A stretch of DNA of 64,000 bases. Source: Eledone cirrhosa. Taxonomy: Eukaryota. The position numbers were made by a program, and so were the translations under genes. A model generated the notes under the pieces. It saw only the letters and a program-made list of their open reading frames with translations. It was not told the DNA's origin and searched no databases. Below, piece by piece: positions 1 to 13,357 of the stretch. The stretch's first letter is position 1. Each line of letters begins with the position of its first letter. Where the stretch lies: assembly GCA_964016885.1 (NCBI GenBank), contig OZ024749.1, positions 35,278,001 through 35,342,000 on the forward strand, read 5' to 3'.

Positions 1-845
1 CACCTAACTTAGAGTTACAGCGCTAGGCTCATAATCGTAAAGACATGAGTTTGAACTGAAATTATGGGCCAAAAAGTGGGAGGGGTTATATTATACACAA
101 AGACGTGTTTTCAGAAATTTTTACTGAGCTTAAAAATACTTATTTTAAATGACCAGATTACAAATACACACAGTGGGCAAAATCATCCAGTTGTTTTATA
201 ATCTTTAATGTTATGAGAAACTGAATATTGTAGTGAAATATATGTGTGAGATTTTGATGGATAACAGGGTACAAGTTTACAAAAGTATTTACATAGGCAT
301 GACTGTAATCAGGGGTCACATTATATACAAGGATGAGATATATTCCTGTTTTTTAGCTTCAGAACAGCAGGTGTGTTATACTCAAGTCACATTATATACA
401 AAGAAATAGTAATCAAAGATCAATATATAAAATAGAAAATATATATTTAAAAAAAAATCGAACTAAAAATACCTGTAAATAATTGGTGAAATAATTCATA
501 AATGGTAGTCACACATTTTATATCAGGTGTGATCTTCACAGTGGCTGTTATGAAAGCATTGCAGTTTTAATACAACAACAATAACAACAACATAGACAGG
601 GAAAACCAATTGCTTGCCAAGATTATGTGATTGCTAAGGTAGACTCCCTAATGTATGTAACACATATCACCTACAGAAACAAATATATTCCCTAAGAAAG
701 CTCACTCTATATTTTGTGAATTTACCCACAATGCTGTAGTCTCATGGGACTATGGCACTGTAGGTAATCATTGATATAATTTTTCAAAACCATCAATGTT
801 GAATATCTCAGCTAAAACAATTTCAATAATATAAAAATGACCTGT

Positions 846-1355
846 TTAACCCTTTCAATAGCAACCCACCTGAGACCTCCCTTGATTCTATGATATAAAA
901 TCTCTTATTTTACATTGTTTATAATCAAATTGTAACTTTCCATCATAATTTTATAAAACTTTTTGTTATGTTGCAAACACAAGTTTAATAATGAGAAAGT
1001 TAGCTAAATATATCTAAAACTTGGCTTTTAGATAAATATAAAATCTTTAAATTAACCATGATGGGTTTCAGGTGGTTTGGTATCAGAACTGTATTTTGAA
1101 ATCTTTAACACTTTTAATACCAAATGTCTCTTGGTTCTATGATACAAAGCTGTTTATTTCAAAGTGTTCATATTTATCTCAAAACCTTTCCTTACAATTA
1201 TATGTGAGAACCTTTATTAAGTTATGTTCCAAACACCAAATTAATAATGAATAAGTTATTTATATTACTAAGTACCTCTAGATTCTTGTTTATTAAAGAA
1301 ATTACTTGAAAATCATAGTTAGTGTTTTTCATTAGAAATATGGTGATGAAAGGGT
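846..1355. mobile_element. Decayed piggyBac-like MITE (family 2), internally rearranged
   Basis: Starts TTAACCCTTTCAATAGCAACCC and ends TTAGAAATATGGTGATGAAAGGGT; the same termini and internal motifs recur at 22750-23038, 26307-26535, 29671-30004 and 62463-62770. Confidence 0.55.
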
Positions 1356-1884
1356 GAGGGTGGTGCCCCAGCATGGCCACAATCTGATTACTTGTAGATT
1401 TTGTTTCAAATAGTGGATAATATCATTGACATATTTTCTAATAATTGGCCAGAAAAACTCATGTGGATAAGTGGAAATTAAAGAGATACAAACAAAATTC
1501 AACAGGGACAAGAATCTTAATGAAAAATATTTAAAAAGAAAATTTTGGAAATGGAAAGTTCCACAAATCTAATCTTAAGTAAAACAATTTTGTGGTTCTA
1601 TCATATTTACTCCAACAAATATATTCTTATTACTTTCCAAAACAGCATTAATAACAGCTAAAAAAATAATCAATTTCTCCAAGAAATAACTGAGATTGAT
1701 GGAATAGGTTAAAACCATTATCTCATATAAGAAAATAGTTTACAATGATAATGAAAGCTGAAAGTTATATTTTATCAGAAGCAGACATTAATAGAAAATA
1801 ATGGTTAAATATACTAACATAAATTATATGTTAGACCCACAAAATGTTGCAGTTTTAAATGAATGTCCTGTACCAAATAAAACT

Positions 1885-2340
1885 ACATTAGCAAGACATC
1901 ACCAAAAGTACAAAACAACACTTATGACTACATCATATTAGAAAGTCAACTCATTACACTAATACTGCATATTTTCATGATGATCTGTTCATTAGTAAAC
2001 ATACTATGAACATTTGAATTAACAAACCACATGGAACCGCATTAGTAAGACATTCTCGAAAAATACAGAGCAGTACTATGACTGCATCATATTAAAAACT
2101 GAAGAATCTATTCTAATACTGCAAATTTTCAAAACGACATCAATTTTGAATGTAATGCAATCATAGTACTGTTTTGTACTAAATATTTATAGTATCTTTA
2201 CTCATAGACTGATCTTCGGGAACATGTGCTGTACTAGAGTAAAAACTTTAATGTTTCATGTGATGCAGTCAATGGGCTCCTTTGTACTTTTAAAGAATGT
2301 CTTGATAATGAGGTTTAATGAGGACATTAAGAGTTTAAAT
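1885..2340. repeat. Fold-back-like repeat: two direct units followed by two inverted units
   Basis: Units like CAGTACTATGACTGCATCATATT at ~1915 and ~2070; reverse-complement units at ~2150 and ~2260; related units at 53665-53830. Confidence 0.5.
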
Positions 2341-2482
2341 CGCTTGGGAACATATTTCCAATAAAAGACTGTCTAAGTGTTTTAATCAATTTTGTAAGTA
2401 ATCAAGAAACTAATGTTTTCATGATCAAGTTGATGTTTGGAACATAAGAAAAAATTCTTACACAAAATTATGATGGAATGTT

Positions 2483-2677
2483 TTAATCCTTTAGCATTTA
2501 AACCGGCCAGAATTCTTTCACCTCTTTCTGTTCAAACTGGCTGTAACCAGCCACTCATACCGATGTTAGGCTACTGTTCTCAAAATAAATAATATCAAAT
2601 CTCAAAGATCTGAGGTAAAGCCTTTACCGTGAATTTATAATAGTAAATATAGAGTAATGTAAATGCTAAAGCGTTAA
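2483..2677. mobile_element. piggyBac-like MITE (family 1)
   Basis: TTAA at both ends; imperfect TIRs TCCTTTAGCATTTA / TAAATGCTAAAGCG; homologous copy at 27937-28149. Confidence 0.7.
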
Positions 2678-3690
2678 TATAAGAAAGAACTCTTTCAAAT
2701 GAGCATTTTGGAATCACAAAACCCCAGACGATTTCAGGGGGACTGGTATCAAAAGGGTTAAGAAAATATAGCTGAAATGAAAAATCAAACAGTTTGATTT
2801 TGGCATAAAAGTTGTTTTGAAGAATTAACCAAGGTTGTGTGTAATCTTTGACTGAAATGTTTAGAGATAGAGGGGAAAAAAAAAAAAGATTAATTTCCAC
2901 GTTAAGTGAGAGCAGGCTGTATAATTGGTTAAATCATTCTGTGCACGTAGTTATGATAAGAATTGTCCAAGAATGACCTGAAGGTTTGGTGATGCCATCT
3001 TATTAGTCATGTCAGTGAAGACAACAACAACAACAGCCATTAGAGATATATTGACAAGTAGATCCCAAATGGAGAGACCAATATCTACATAATCTAAAGA
3101 AGGTTAAGTTTATTAAATGGTGGGATTGGAATGCTAAACTGAATACTAATTATCACAATGATAACCGTGGCAGTTCTATTCTATTAGAACAGCTCTCACT
3201 AGAATCCTATTGAATACAAATCAATAAGAATTGGAATTTAGCATCTCTGGGAGAAAAACAATAGCTTTCCAATAAAAAATGGCAGCCTGAAAGACAAATA
3301 TATTTGGTGGAAGTTGATTATAATGAAGTCGATTGATGACAAAGCAGTAAAGTTTATATGAAGCATTGTGAAGATATTTAGTGGAGAGAATGGTGAGAAG
3401 GTATATATCTATTGTCTTTGGATAAAGGAATATATGAGTGGCAGAGAAAAGATGTATATATGTATATATATATATATATATATATAAACCTTCTGTAGAG
3501 ATGCATATATACAGTCTATAGTAATGTATATATATATATATATATATATACCTTCTATAGAGATGTGTATATATATTTTCTCTCTCTCTCTCTATATATA
3601 TATATATTTATGGCTAAAACAGCACGACATGCTGTGACCAGCGGCGCTGATTGGCGCCCAACAGACTGGTCAGTCAAGGTGATCAAGGTG

Positions 3691-3722
<32 letters not shown>

Positions 3723-3774
3723 ATTCTATAGTAAAGTATATATTCAGTATGTATATATATATATATACATATAT

Positions 3775-4045
3775 ACAGAGTCAAAGAGAAATGGATTGAG
3801 ATGGTTCGGCTATATGTTGAGGAATGATGAAAATAATTGGTTGAGAGAAGTGATGGGAATAGAGTCAGTGATGAATGTTGTGAAGAGAAACGGAATGAGA
3901 TGGTTGGGCCATGTGTTGAGGAAGGATGAAAGTGACCAGAGTGAGAGGGGTTATGGAAGTGAATATGGAAGGAGAAAAACAAAAACAAAAAGGACATTCC
4001 TAATGATGAAGGAGGAGGAAATGAAAGGAAAAAGGAGGAGCTTTA
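3775..4045 (+). mobile_element. Decayed RTE-clade LINE 3' fragment with internal duplication
   Basis: Translation gives KRNGLRWFGYMLRND and then VKRNGMRWLGHVLRKD, the RLRW(F/Y)GHV.R motif of RTE ORF C-termini. Confidence 0.75.
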
Positions 4046-4964
4046 AAACACTTGTTGTATCAATCAGAAGAATTTTAATCAGCATATTACAATTATGTAT
4101 TTGTCTATTTGTTGGCATATAAGGCACACACATCAATTTGGGCACACATTAAAAAAACAAAAATAAATGGGTTTAAACTATATATGTCAGGCCATGGGTA
4201 TAAAGTTTGTACATCATCTTTTTTATTATCATTTTACATCGCGATTCTAGTTGTAATATTTTAGAACACTTTTAAAACATAAGGAAGTGTGAAGATAAAT
4301 TTAATTTATTCTCTACATCGTATTTATTGTTGAAAAATTTAGTACATTTTTAAAACAAAAGAAAGTGAAAATGAATTTATTTTGTTCATCATAAAATGTG
4401 TTAAAATTGTAACGTTTTTTGGTGTAGAAATGGTCGCCACCTTGTTTACATTTGCAGAGATATTTGCGGTTTAATTTAAGGGTCACTGTCACACTAGAAC
4501 TCCACTAGCCAGTAACCCCAACTGATCCTTGAACTTATGAGATGCAGAGTGATTTTGTGGGATATTTTTAGGGGAGGGGAAAAAGTGCGTTTTATAATCC
4601 ATCAAATTTAAAATTACAAATTATTTCATTTATCTTTAATCTCAATAGATTTCATCCCAAATTTCAAAAAAATAATTTCATTTTCAATTTAATAAAATAT
4701 TATTTTATCATTCAACTAAAGAAATAATTGATCTACTTTCTTCAAATATCAATATTTAAATGATTGCCTCATTAAATAAGCAAACAAGAGATTGATATTG
4801 GTGGGAGAAAGCGTAGATAAACAAAAACATGTATAATGGTGAAAATGTTAACAGAAATGTTTAATTTAACAAATTAATAAAGTATGTGTTTAACTGTTGT
4901 ATAAATACGATTCGAAAATGAATGCATGTAGGTGTTTGTTTACACTAATATATATATACACTAT

Positions 4965-5380
4965 AGTGTAGTGCTGGTACTGAAATAAAATACACCTAGT
5001 ACACTCTATAAAGTGGTCGTGCAAATGTCAGAATAAAATACATCCAATACACTCTGTAAAGTTGTAGGGCAGGTATCACAATAAAATGCACCTAGTACAC
5101 TCTGTAAAGTGGTAGTGTAGGAGACAATAATATACACCCAATACACTCTGCAAAGTGGTAGTGCTGGTGACAATAAAATATACCCAATACACTCTGCAAA
5201 GTGGCAGTGTTCGTGACACAATAAAATGCAGCGACTACACTCTGTGAAATAGCAATGCTGGTGTCAAGATAAAAAAATGCACCAAATTCACTCTGCAAAG
5301 TAGTAGTGTTGGTACCACAATAAAATGCACCCAATGCACAGTGTAAGGTGTTTGGTGTAAGGAAGGGAATTCAGCCCTAT
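4965..5380 (+). repeat. ~46-48 bp minisatellite derived from the SINE/RTE 3' body module
   Basis: About 8 units of ACACTCTGCAAAGTGGTAGTGCTGGTGACAATAAAATGCACCCAAT, ending in TTGGTGTAAGGAAGGGAATTCAGC. Confidence 0.8.
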
Positions 5381-6027
5381 ATATCTAGTCTCAGATCATG
5401 CCAAACCATCCAATGATGATAACATATATGTATATGCAAACATATTAACAATAGTGTATGTATATTTATGCAAATATATATACACAACAGTGTATATATA
5501 TATATTTATGTTTATTATGTTTATACAATAGTGTATATATGTTTATTATGTTTACACACTAGTGTATGTATATTTAATCTTGTGACTCATCACATGATAT
5601 AAACTGTAAAAAACTTGAAGCAATGATACAACATCTAGAATATTGACCAAAAGCTACATTATTAAATGTCACAACATATTTCTAAAAACTTTATAGTATT
5701 ATTATTAAAAGGAAAGTCAACAGGGCACTCTCTAGATATACACCCTTTGGTATTTTCCAAAAGGAATTTTATTTACTTTATTTAAGTATGTTTATTTTAT
5801 TTCTCTATATGTATGAATATATATATATGTGTGTGTCTGTGCATACACATTTATAAATATACATACACTGTAGCATCAAGTGAATCTGTGATATCTGCAT
5901 ATGTGTTGGTTCATCTTTGTCTCATGGCATACTCTCTAAAGTTTTTGTGTAGTCCCAGAATTTTATTGACTTACAGCTATCCCAGATACTTTCTATATCC
6001 TTAACCTTTTCATTATTTCTCTTGAAA

Positions 6028-6250
6028 AAGGGCGGTGGATAGGCAGTATTGTTAGAGTGTCGGACATTATGCTTTGTGACATATAGTTATGGACCTTTAC
6101 ATTCTGAGTTCAAATCCTGCCGAGGCTAGCTTTGTCTTTCATCTTTATGGGCTCGATAAAATAAAGCACCAGTAACATACTGGGGCCTATTTAATCGACT
6201 TTCCTCTCCCCATAAATTTTTTGGCCTTGTGCCTAAATCAGAAATCATTA
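6028..6250 (+). mobile_element. SINE family 2 (octopus-type, (ATT)n tail)
   Basis: GGGCGGTG..GGCAG head, GAGTTCAAATCC B-box, TTTCATC..GGG.TCGATAAAATAAAG.ACCAG body, GGCCTTGTGCCTAAA end; many copies in window. Confidence 0.85.
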
Positions 6251-6399
6251 TATCTCTTGAAAAATATTGCCTAAGATTTTCAAATAATTTAGAAAATAAT
6301 CAAGAATTTGGAAGAATTTAGTAATATAGCTAACTTCCTCATTATTTATCTGGTGTTCTTTTAACATAATTTTACTTATATACAATTATGATAGAAGGA

Positions 6400-6665
6400 A
6401 TCAGATGTAGCATGCAAGATAGAAAGTTGGGTTGCATATGGATGATGATTGTTGGATGAAGAAGAAATAACACAAGCTTTCATTAAAAGGGAGCTGTGAA
6501 AGAGAATAACTGAGGAAGACCTAGTCAAAAGTGTCAATTTTAAAACAATGAATCTCACAGAGGAGAAGGCAAAGAAATGCAATGAGTGGAGGGAGGCTGT
6601 CTTAGATAAGACCCATTCAATTCATGCAAGCATAGTAAAACAGACATGAAAATGATGATAATGAT
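6400..6665 (+). mobile_element. Highly decayed RTE 3' fragment
   Basis: GAGGAAGACC (GRP-like) motif, GCTGTCTTAGATAAGACCC, CATGCAAGCAT end and (ATG)n tail. Confidence 0.6.
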
Positions 6666-6822
6666 GTGTATATAAGGGAGAGAGGTGAAAAGAGATGACC
6701 AGAAAGCTTTTAACCCCATTGAATCAACAGCCAAACTACTTGATAGAAATATTCACAAATAGCCCAGTTGGACGTAAATAACAGAAAATTGTTAAGTAGC
6801 AACATTGTTTTACTGACACATA

Positions 6823-6853
<31 letters not shown>

Positions 6854-6858
6854 GTGTG

Positions 6859-6894
<36 letters not shown>

Positions 6895-7005
6895 AGAGGA
6901 GGCTTAATAGTTTGTGTGGTAGAGAGAGAAGAGGTAAACAGTTACAGAGATAGAAAGACAGTTAAGTGGATGAAGAGTTAAAAAGAGGAGAAATAGCATG
7001 TAGTT

Positions 7006-7047
<42 letters not shown>

Positions 7048-7450
7048 AACAGCCAAAGTTTATATTGTCCAGCATTAGAGAAAATTTGATAATAAATAAC
7101 TGGAAAGCAGTGGTTAACCCAAGTAGAATGTAAAAGACAAAATGACAGATGTCAGTGGAAATTAGGAAACATTGGTTAAGACTACTTCCAAAGGTCAGCC
7201 AGAGACAAAAGTCAATGTTTTGATAGAAATTCCATAAAGGTGAGTTATTTGTAAAATTAATACTCTGTCCTTTGGGGGACTAATTTTATCACAGGTTTAT
7301 TCAAAGGGGACTTTGTGTATTGTGTGTTACCTATGGTCAATGTATTATAGGTGTTCAAATGTTACGATGTGTTGCCAGTTGACCACATATTGTAGTCAAA
7401 GGCCAGAAATATATACACTGAGGAAATAGAGAAATTATCTAAATATATAT

Positions 7451-8977
7451 CTGTGGTATACCTAGTGTGTTTACCTGTGTTGTACCTCTTGAGGTTACCT
7501 GTGGTATATCTAGTGTTGTTACCTGTGGTATATCTAGTATTTTTACCTGTGGTATATCTAGTGTGGTTACCTGTGGTATACCTAGTGTTGTTACCTGTTG
7601 TATACCTAGTGAGGTTACCTGTGGTATATCTAGTGTAGTTACCTGTGGTATATCTAGTGTTGTTACCTGTGGTATATCTAGTGTAGTTACCTGTGGTATA
7701 CCTAGTGTGGTTACCTGTGGTATATCTAGTGTTGTTACCTGTGGTATACCTAGTGTTGTTACCTGTGGTATACCTAGTGTTGTTACCTGTGGTATACCTA
7801 GTGTGTTTACCTGTGTTGTACCTAGTGAGGTTACCTGTGGTATACCTAGTGTTGTTACCTGTGGTATACCTAGTGTGTTTACCTGTGTTGTACCTAGTGA
7901 GGTTACCTGTGGTATATCTAGTGTTGTTACCTGTGGTATATCTAGTATTTTTACCTGTGGTATATCTAGTGTGGTTACATGTGTTGTACCTAGTGTGGTT
8001 ACCTGTGGTATACCTAGTGTGTTTACCTGTGTTGTACCTAGTGAGGTTACCTGTGGTATATCTAGTGTTGTTACCTGTGGTATATCTAGTATTTTTACCT
8101 GTGGTATACCTAGTGTGGTTACCTGTGGTATACCTAGTGTTGTTACCTGTTGTATATCTAGTGTAGTTACCTGTGGTATATCTAGTGTAGTTACCTGTGG
8201 TATACCTAGTGTGGTTACCTGTTGTATATCTAGTGTGGTTACCTGTGGTATATTTAGTGTGGTTACCTGTGGTATACCTAGTGTTGTTACCTGTGGTATA
8301 CCTAGTGTTGTTACCTGTGGTATATCTAGTGTTGTTACCTGTGGTATACCTAGTATGGTTACCTGTGGTATACCTAGTGAGGTTACTTGTGGTATACAGA
8401 GTGTGGTTACCTGTGGTATATCTAGTGTGGTTACCTGTGTATACCTAGTATGGTTACCTGTGGTATACCTAGTGAGGTTACCTGTGGTATATTTAGTGTG
8501 GTTACCTGTGGTATACAGAGTGTGGTTACCTGTGGTATATCTAGTGTGGTTACCTGTGTATACCTAGTGTTGTTACCTGTGGTATACCTAGTGTTGTTAA
8601 CTGTGGTATACCTAGTGTTGTTACCTGTGGTATACCTATGGTATATCTAGTGTTGTTACCTGTGGTATACCTAGTGTTGTTACCTGTGGTATACCTAGTG
8701 TTGTTACCTGTGGTATATCTAGTGTTGTTACCTGTGGTATACCTAGTGTGGTTACCTGTGGTATACCTAGTGTTGTTACCTGTGGTATACCTAGTGTTGT
8801 TACCTGTGGTATACCTAGTGTAGTTACCTGTGATATACCTAGTGTTGTTACCTGTGGTATACCTAGTGTTGTTACCTGTTGTATATCTAGTGTTGTTACC
8901 TGTGGTATACCTAGTGTGGTTACCTCTGGTATACCTAGTGTTGTTACCTGTGGTATACCTAGTGTTGTTACCTGTGG
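7451..8977. repeat. 24-bp tandem minisatellite (~63 units)
   Basis: Unit GTGGTATACCTAGTGTTGTTACCT with point variants; source of the VVYLVLLP/VTCGIPSV ORFs. Confidence 0.98.
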
Positions 8978-9342
8978 CATGTCTCAATAATGTTCCAAGG
9001 ACAAAGAGCACAGACAATGACAAACACATTCACATTCACTCACTCTTACACATAACCACTCACATACATGGAGACACACTCCCTGGCATGCACACACACT
9101 AGCATGCACACACACACACAGACATGCACACACAGACAATCACACACACACACTGCCAGTTACACATCCACTGACACCCACACACACCCTACACATAACC
9201 AGAAAAAATATGCCATTATTAGATGTCTTCAAAAGAAGTTCAAACAACCAAGATATTTCTCTTGTAATATAAAAAAAAAACTACATTTACACACACACAC
9301 ACACACACACACACGGCAGCATTGCAAACGGATGCGAAATGT

Positions 9343-9944
9343 TGATGATGGTGGTGGTGATGGTGGTGGTGATGATGGTGGTGGTGGTGATGGTGGTGGT
9401 GATGGTGGTGATGATGGTGGTGGTGATGGTGGTGATGATGGTGGTGGTGATGGAGGTGGTGGTGATGGTGGTGATGATGGTGGTGGTGATGGTGGTGGTG
9501 ATGGTGGTGGTGGTGATCATGGTGGTGATGGTGGTGGTGATGATGGTGGTGATGGTGGTGATGATGGTGGTGGTGATGGTGGTGGTGATGGTGGTGGTGG
9601 TGATGGTGGTGATGATGGTGGTGGTGATGGTGGTGGTGATGGCGGTGATGATGGTAGTGATGATGGTGGTGGTAATGGTGGTGATGGTGGTGGTGGTGAT
9701 CGTGGTGATGATGGTGGTAATGATGGTGGCGATGGTGGTGGTGGTGATGGTGGTGGTGATGGTGGTGGTGATGGTGGTGATGGTGGCAATGATGGTGGTG
9801 GTTATGGTGGTGATGATGGTGGTGATGATGGTGGTGATGGTGGTGATGGTGGTGGTGATGGTGGTGACGGGGATGATGATGATGATGATGATGGTGATGA
9901 TTGTGATCGTGGTGATGATGATGATGATGATGATGATGATGGTG
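9343..9944. repeat. (GGT/GAT)n trinucleotide low-complexity tract
   Basis: Interspersed GGT and GAT triplets over ~600 bp. Confidence 0.97.
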
Positions 9945-10345
9945 AAAATAAATTAACAAAAAAAAAAAAACCTAAAGACTACAAAGATGGTGAAATTATG
10001 TTTCATTTGTGAGTGATTAAAGTAATAAAGTGAAATATATTGTCCTAGTTCCATTAATGACCACCACCAGCTACTTTGAGAGGGAAATACTGACGCAATC
10101 AAAGAACAGGGTATATTTTAATTCCAACCCTTCCTAGCGGGGAAGGCGGTTGTTTAATGATGATGATGAAGATGATGAGCATTCCACCAATTTACCAATG
10201 TTCTTTAATCTGAAGACAACATGCAACTCCACAGAAGTTGCTATATAACTGACTGACAGGCAATTGGTAATTAATGTGGAGACTAGTTCATTATCATCAT
10301 CATCATCATTTTCATCATTTCATTTTACGTCCACTTTTCCCTGCT

Positions 10346-10452
10346 TGCACAGATTTATATACAAGCACACATATACATATACACTAGCACATATGCACAC
10401 ACACATATACCCTCACACACAAATATATCCTACATCAAGCATAACCATAACC

Positions 10453-10486
<34 letters not shown>

Positions 10487-10512
10487 TCACACACATATAT
10501 ATACACAAACAC

Positions 10513-10546
<34 letters not shown>

Positions 10547-10607
10547 GTGTATGTGTTTGTGTATATATATATGTGTATGTGTTTGTGTATATATATATGT
10601 GTGAATG

Positions 10608-10643
<36 letters not shown>

Positions 10644-10751
10644 TGGTTATGGTTATGCTTGATGTAGGATATATTTGTGTGTGAGGGTATATGTGTGTGT
10701 GCATATGTGCTAGTGTATATGTATATGTGTGCTTGTATATAAATCTGTGCA
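10346..10751. repeat. ~400-bp palindrome (inverted duplication)
   Basis: 10346-~10455 is the exact reverse complement of ~10642-10751; pairing continues through the TA/CA-rich centre. Confidence 0.93.
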
Positions 10752-11358
10752 TGTGTATGCACCAAACTCCAAATGTCCATACATATCTTCATGAAGTATA
10801 ATTGCAATATAATTGCAGCATAATTGCAGTGCCTTGCTATATATCCCAGGAATGTATGTGATGTATGTGTGCATATGCATGTGCAATGTAATACACATGT
10901 GAAAACATATGTTCATGCAGTATAATTACAGTGCTTGGCTATATATTCCAGCAGTCTCTGTATATGTGCACATCTGTGTGTGTGTGTGCATCTGTATGTG
11001 CAGCATATTACATATAAGTGCATACATCAGTACATGCAGTATAATTGCAGTGTCTTGCTATATAGTCCAACAGTGAGACATGGGCAGTAAGTCTTTCATG
11101 AAATACATCTGTCTCTAAAATATGGACTATTTTCTTAAAAATCACTTCAAAGTTGTTTAGAATTTTCTAGAAGATATTGACAAATGAAATTCTAAATATT
11201 CTTTCTCATTTTAATAAGAAATACATTACAATATAAATGGAAGATTAGTAAAAATGGAAACCGTTGACAGGTGAGAAGTGGTTGACTATGTGTGTATGTG
11301 TGTGATGCCTGAATGAGTGTCCTCCACCTCCAACTAAATTACACTTTGCTTATTGCAC

Positions 11359-11621
11359 TAGACCGACAGGATGGAGAATACATTGCCCTGGAGGACAGCA
11401 AGGAAGACGTGCTGTAACAGCCACTCAATCTCATGTGGCTCACACTTGTGGGCAGCCAGCTCTGCTTGCCTCCAACAGAAGTGAGCAGGGACGTGGCCAG
11501 GTACCAAAACCACCGGAAGTCTCCACTGTAACAAGCTCGACCACAAACCTATCAGAGAGCAGCCGATACTTAAATAGTTTGCCTTCTTTAGCCTGGCAGG
11601 CAGCAGAGCTTGAAAAGTGTG
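11359..11621 (-). mobile_element. Fragment of a CRE-like non-LTR retrotransposon (restriction-like endonuclease C-terminus), frameshifted
   Basis: Two frames give SAACQAKEGKLFKYRLLSDRFVVELVTVETSGGFG and EIEWLLQHVFLAVLQGNVFSIL, matching the K..KY..L...VAVET.G.WG...QR.SLA.QRGNA.S pattern. Confidence 0.7.
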
Positions 11622-11797
11622 TATCATCATCATCATCATCATCATCATCAGGTTTAGCGTCCGTGTTCCACGCTTGCATGGGTTTGGACGGGGGTTTTCC
11701 CACTTGAGGCAAGAGTGGTTGTCTTGCTCGCATAGGACTGTCTGGCGGGTTTTCTACAGTTGGATGCCCTTCCTAACACCAACCACATTTACAGTGT
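11622..11797 (-). mobile_element. RTE family B 3' UTR end with (ATG)n tail
   Basis: Near-identical to the reverse complement of 39485-39657. Confidence 0.9.
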
Positions 11798-12400
11798 ATT
11801 TATCTAAAAACATTCCATCATGATTATGTGTGAGAACCTTCAAATTAGGTTCCAAACATCAGCTTAATAATGTGAAGATTACATGAGTTAACTGAAAGGT
11901 TCATACACTGACCAAGATACTCACATGGAATGATCAAATGAGGTTTATTTTTCAATGTAATCCTTGGAAAGAAGCCATGCAGTTATTAATATGAAGAGTA
12001 ATGCATGCAAGATTTCACAGCCCTAGCATCACTCCTTCAAAGTCAGCCTGTGGACTTTTCAGCCTACTCTCATAGCTATATTATTAAAAATTTGATTATT
12101 ACCAAAATGATTTGAAAATCATAAGTGGTATATTTTATTAGAAATATGGTAATTAAAGGGCAAATATCCATTATTAAGGATTCTATATTTGGGTTTTATT
12201 TGTTGGTCAAAATCCAAGAACTGAAGTAATAGCCCCAAATTTAACGACATTTAATTGCAGGAAAACCTTGCTTAGCCTAGTATCAGGATTTTCTCTTTGA
12301 AACTTCAGGAACCCAAAATAACTTGTTGATAATTCTAGTTACTGATCTGTGTGTGTGTTTTGTTTACCCAAACCATTACACACACACACACACACATATA

Positions 12401-12746
12401 TCATCATTTCATTTCATTTCATTTTACGCCCGCTTTTTCCCTGCTTCCAAGGGTGGGACGGGAACTGATTCTGGCTTGATTTCTACAGCTGGATGGCCTT
12501 CCTAACACCAACCTCATTTTACAGTGAGTGCTGGGTGCTTTTTTGCCATGGCCCCTCCACGATCACTTTGCAGTGGAATGATAGGGACCGCAGTCCCTGT
12601 CATCTCATTTCTACAGCTGAGTAAACTGGAGCAATGTGAAATAAAGTGTCTTGCTCAAGGAAACAACACATCACCCGGTCTGAGAATTGAACTCACAACC
12701 TTTCGATTGCAAGGCCAATGCTCTAAACACTAAGCCATGTGCCTCC
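12401..12746 (-). mobile_element. SINE family 1 (tRNA-derived head, RTE-A 3' tail), full length
   Basis: Reverse complement of the 20707-21049 copy with A-box-like and B-box-like motifs. Confidence 0.92.
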
Positions 12747-12748
12747 AT

Positions 12749-13125
<377 letters not shown>

Positions 13126-13179
13126 TGGGCTTATATTATTATCTTAAACAACACAGCCTATTTTTGAAACCTAAACTGT

Positions 13180-13357
13180 TGTCAGTATCGGTAGAGGGTT
13201 GGACATGCTTTCCAGCATAGTTACGTCCCTTTACTGTCTGAGTTCAAATCCCGTCGAGGTTAACTTTGTCTTTCATCCTTATGGGGTCGATAAAATAAAG
13301 TACCAGTAATGTACTGGGTAATTCCTGGCCTTGTGCCAAAAGTAGAAACAACTATTA
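13180..13357 (+). mobile_element. SINE family 2
   Basis: Homologous to 25990-26186 and 57221-57406; further 3' fragments at 13690-13812 and 13905-13970. Confidence 0.88.

Noticed and set aside
472-670. Minus-strand exon bounded by tttctgtag and gtattt
   Set aside because: Weak donor and an early stop in the frame checked; could only be a non-coding exon and cannot be supported from sequence alone
7453-10012. Long ORFs (366 aa VTCGIPSV repeat, 314 aa Gly/Asp-rich, 239 aa poly-His)
   Set aside because: Open in several frames on both strands because they translate a 24-bp minisatellite and a trinucleotide tract; no splice or domain evidence
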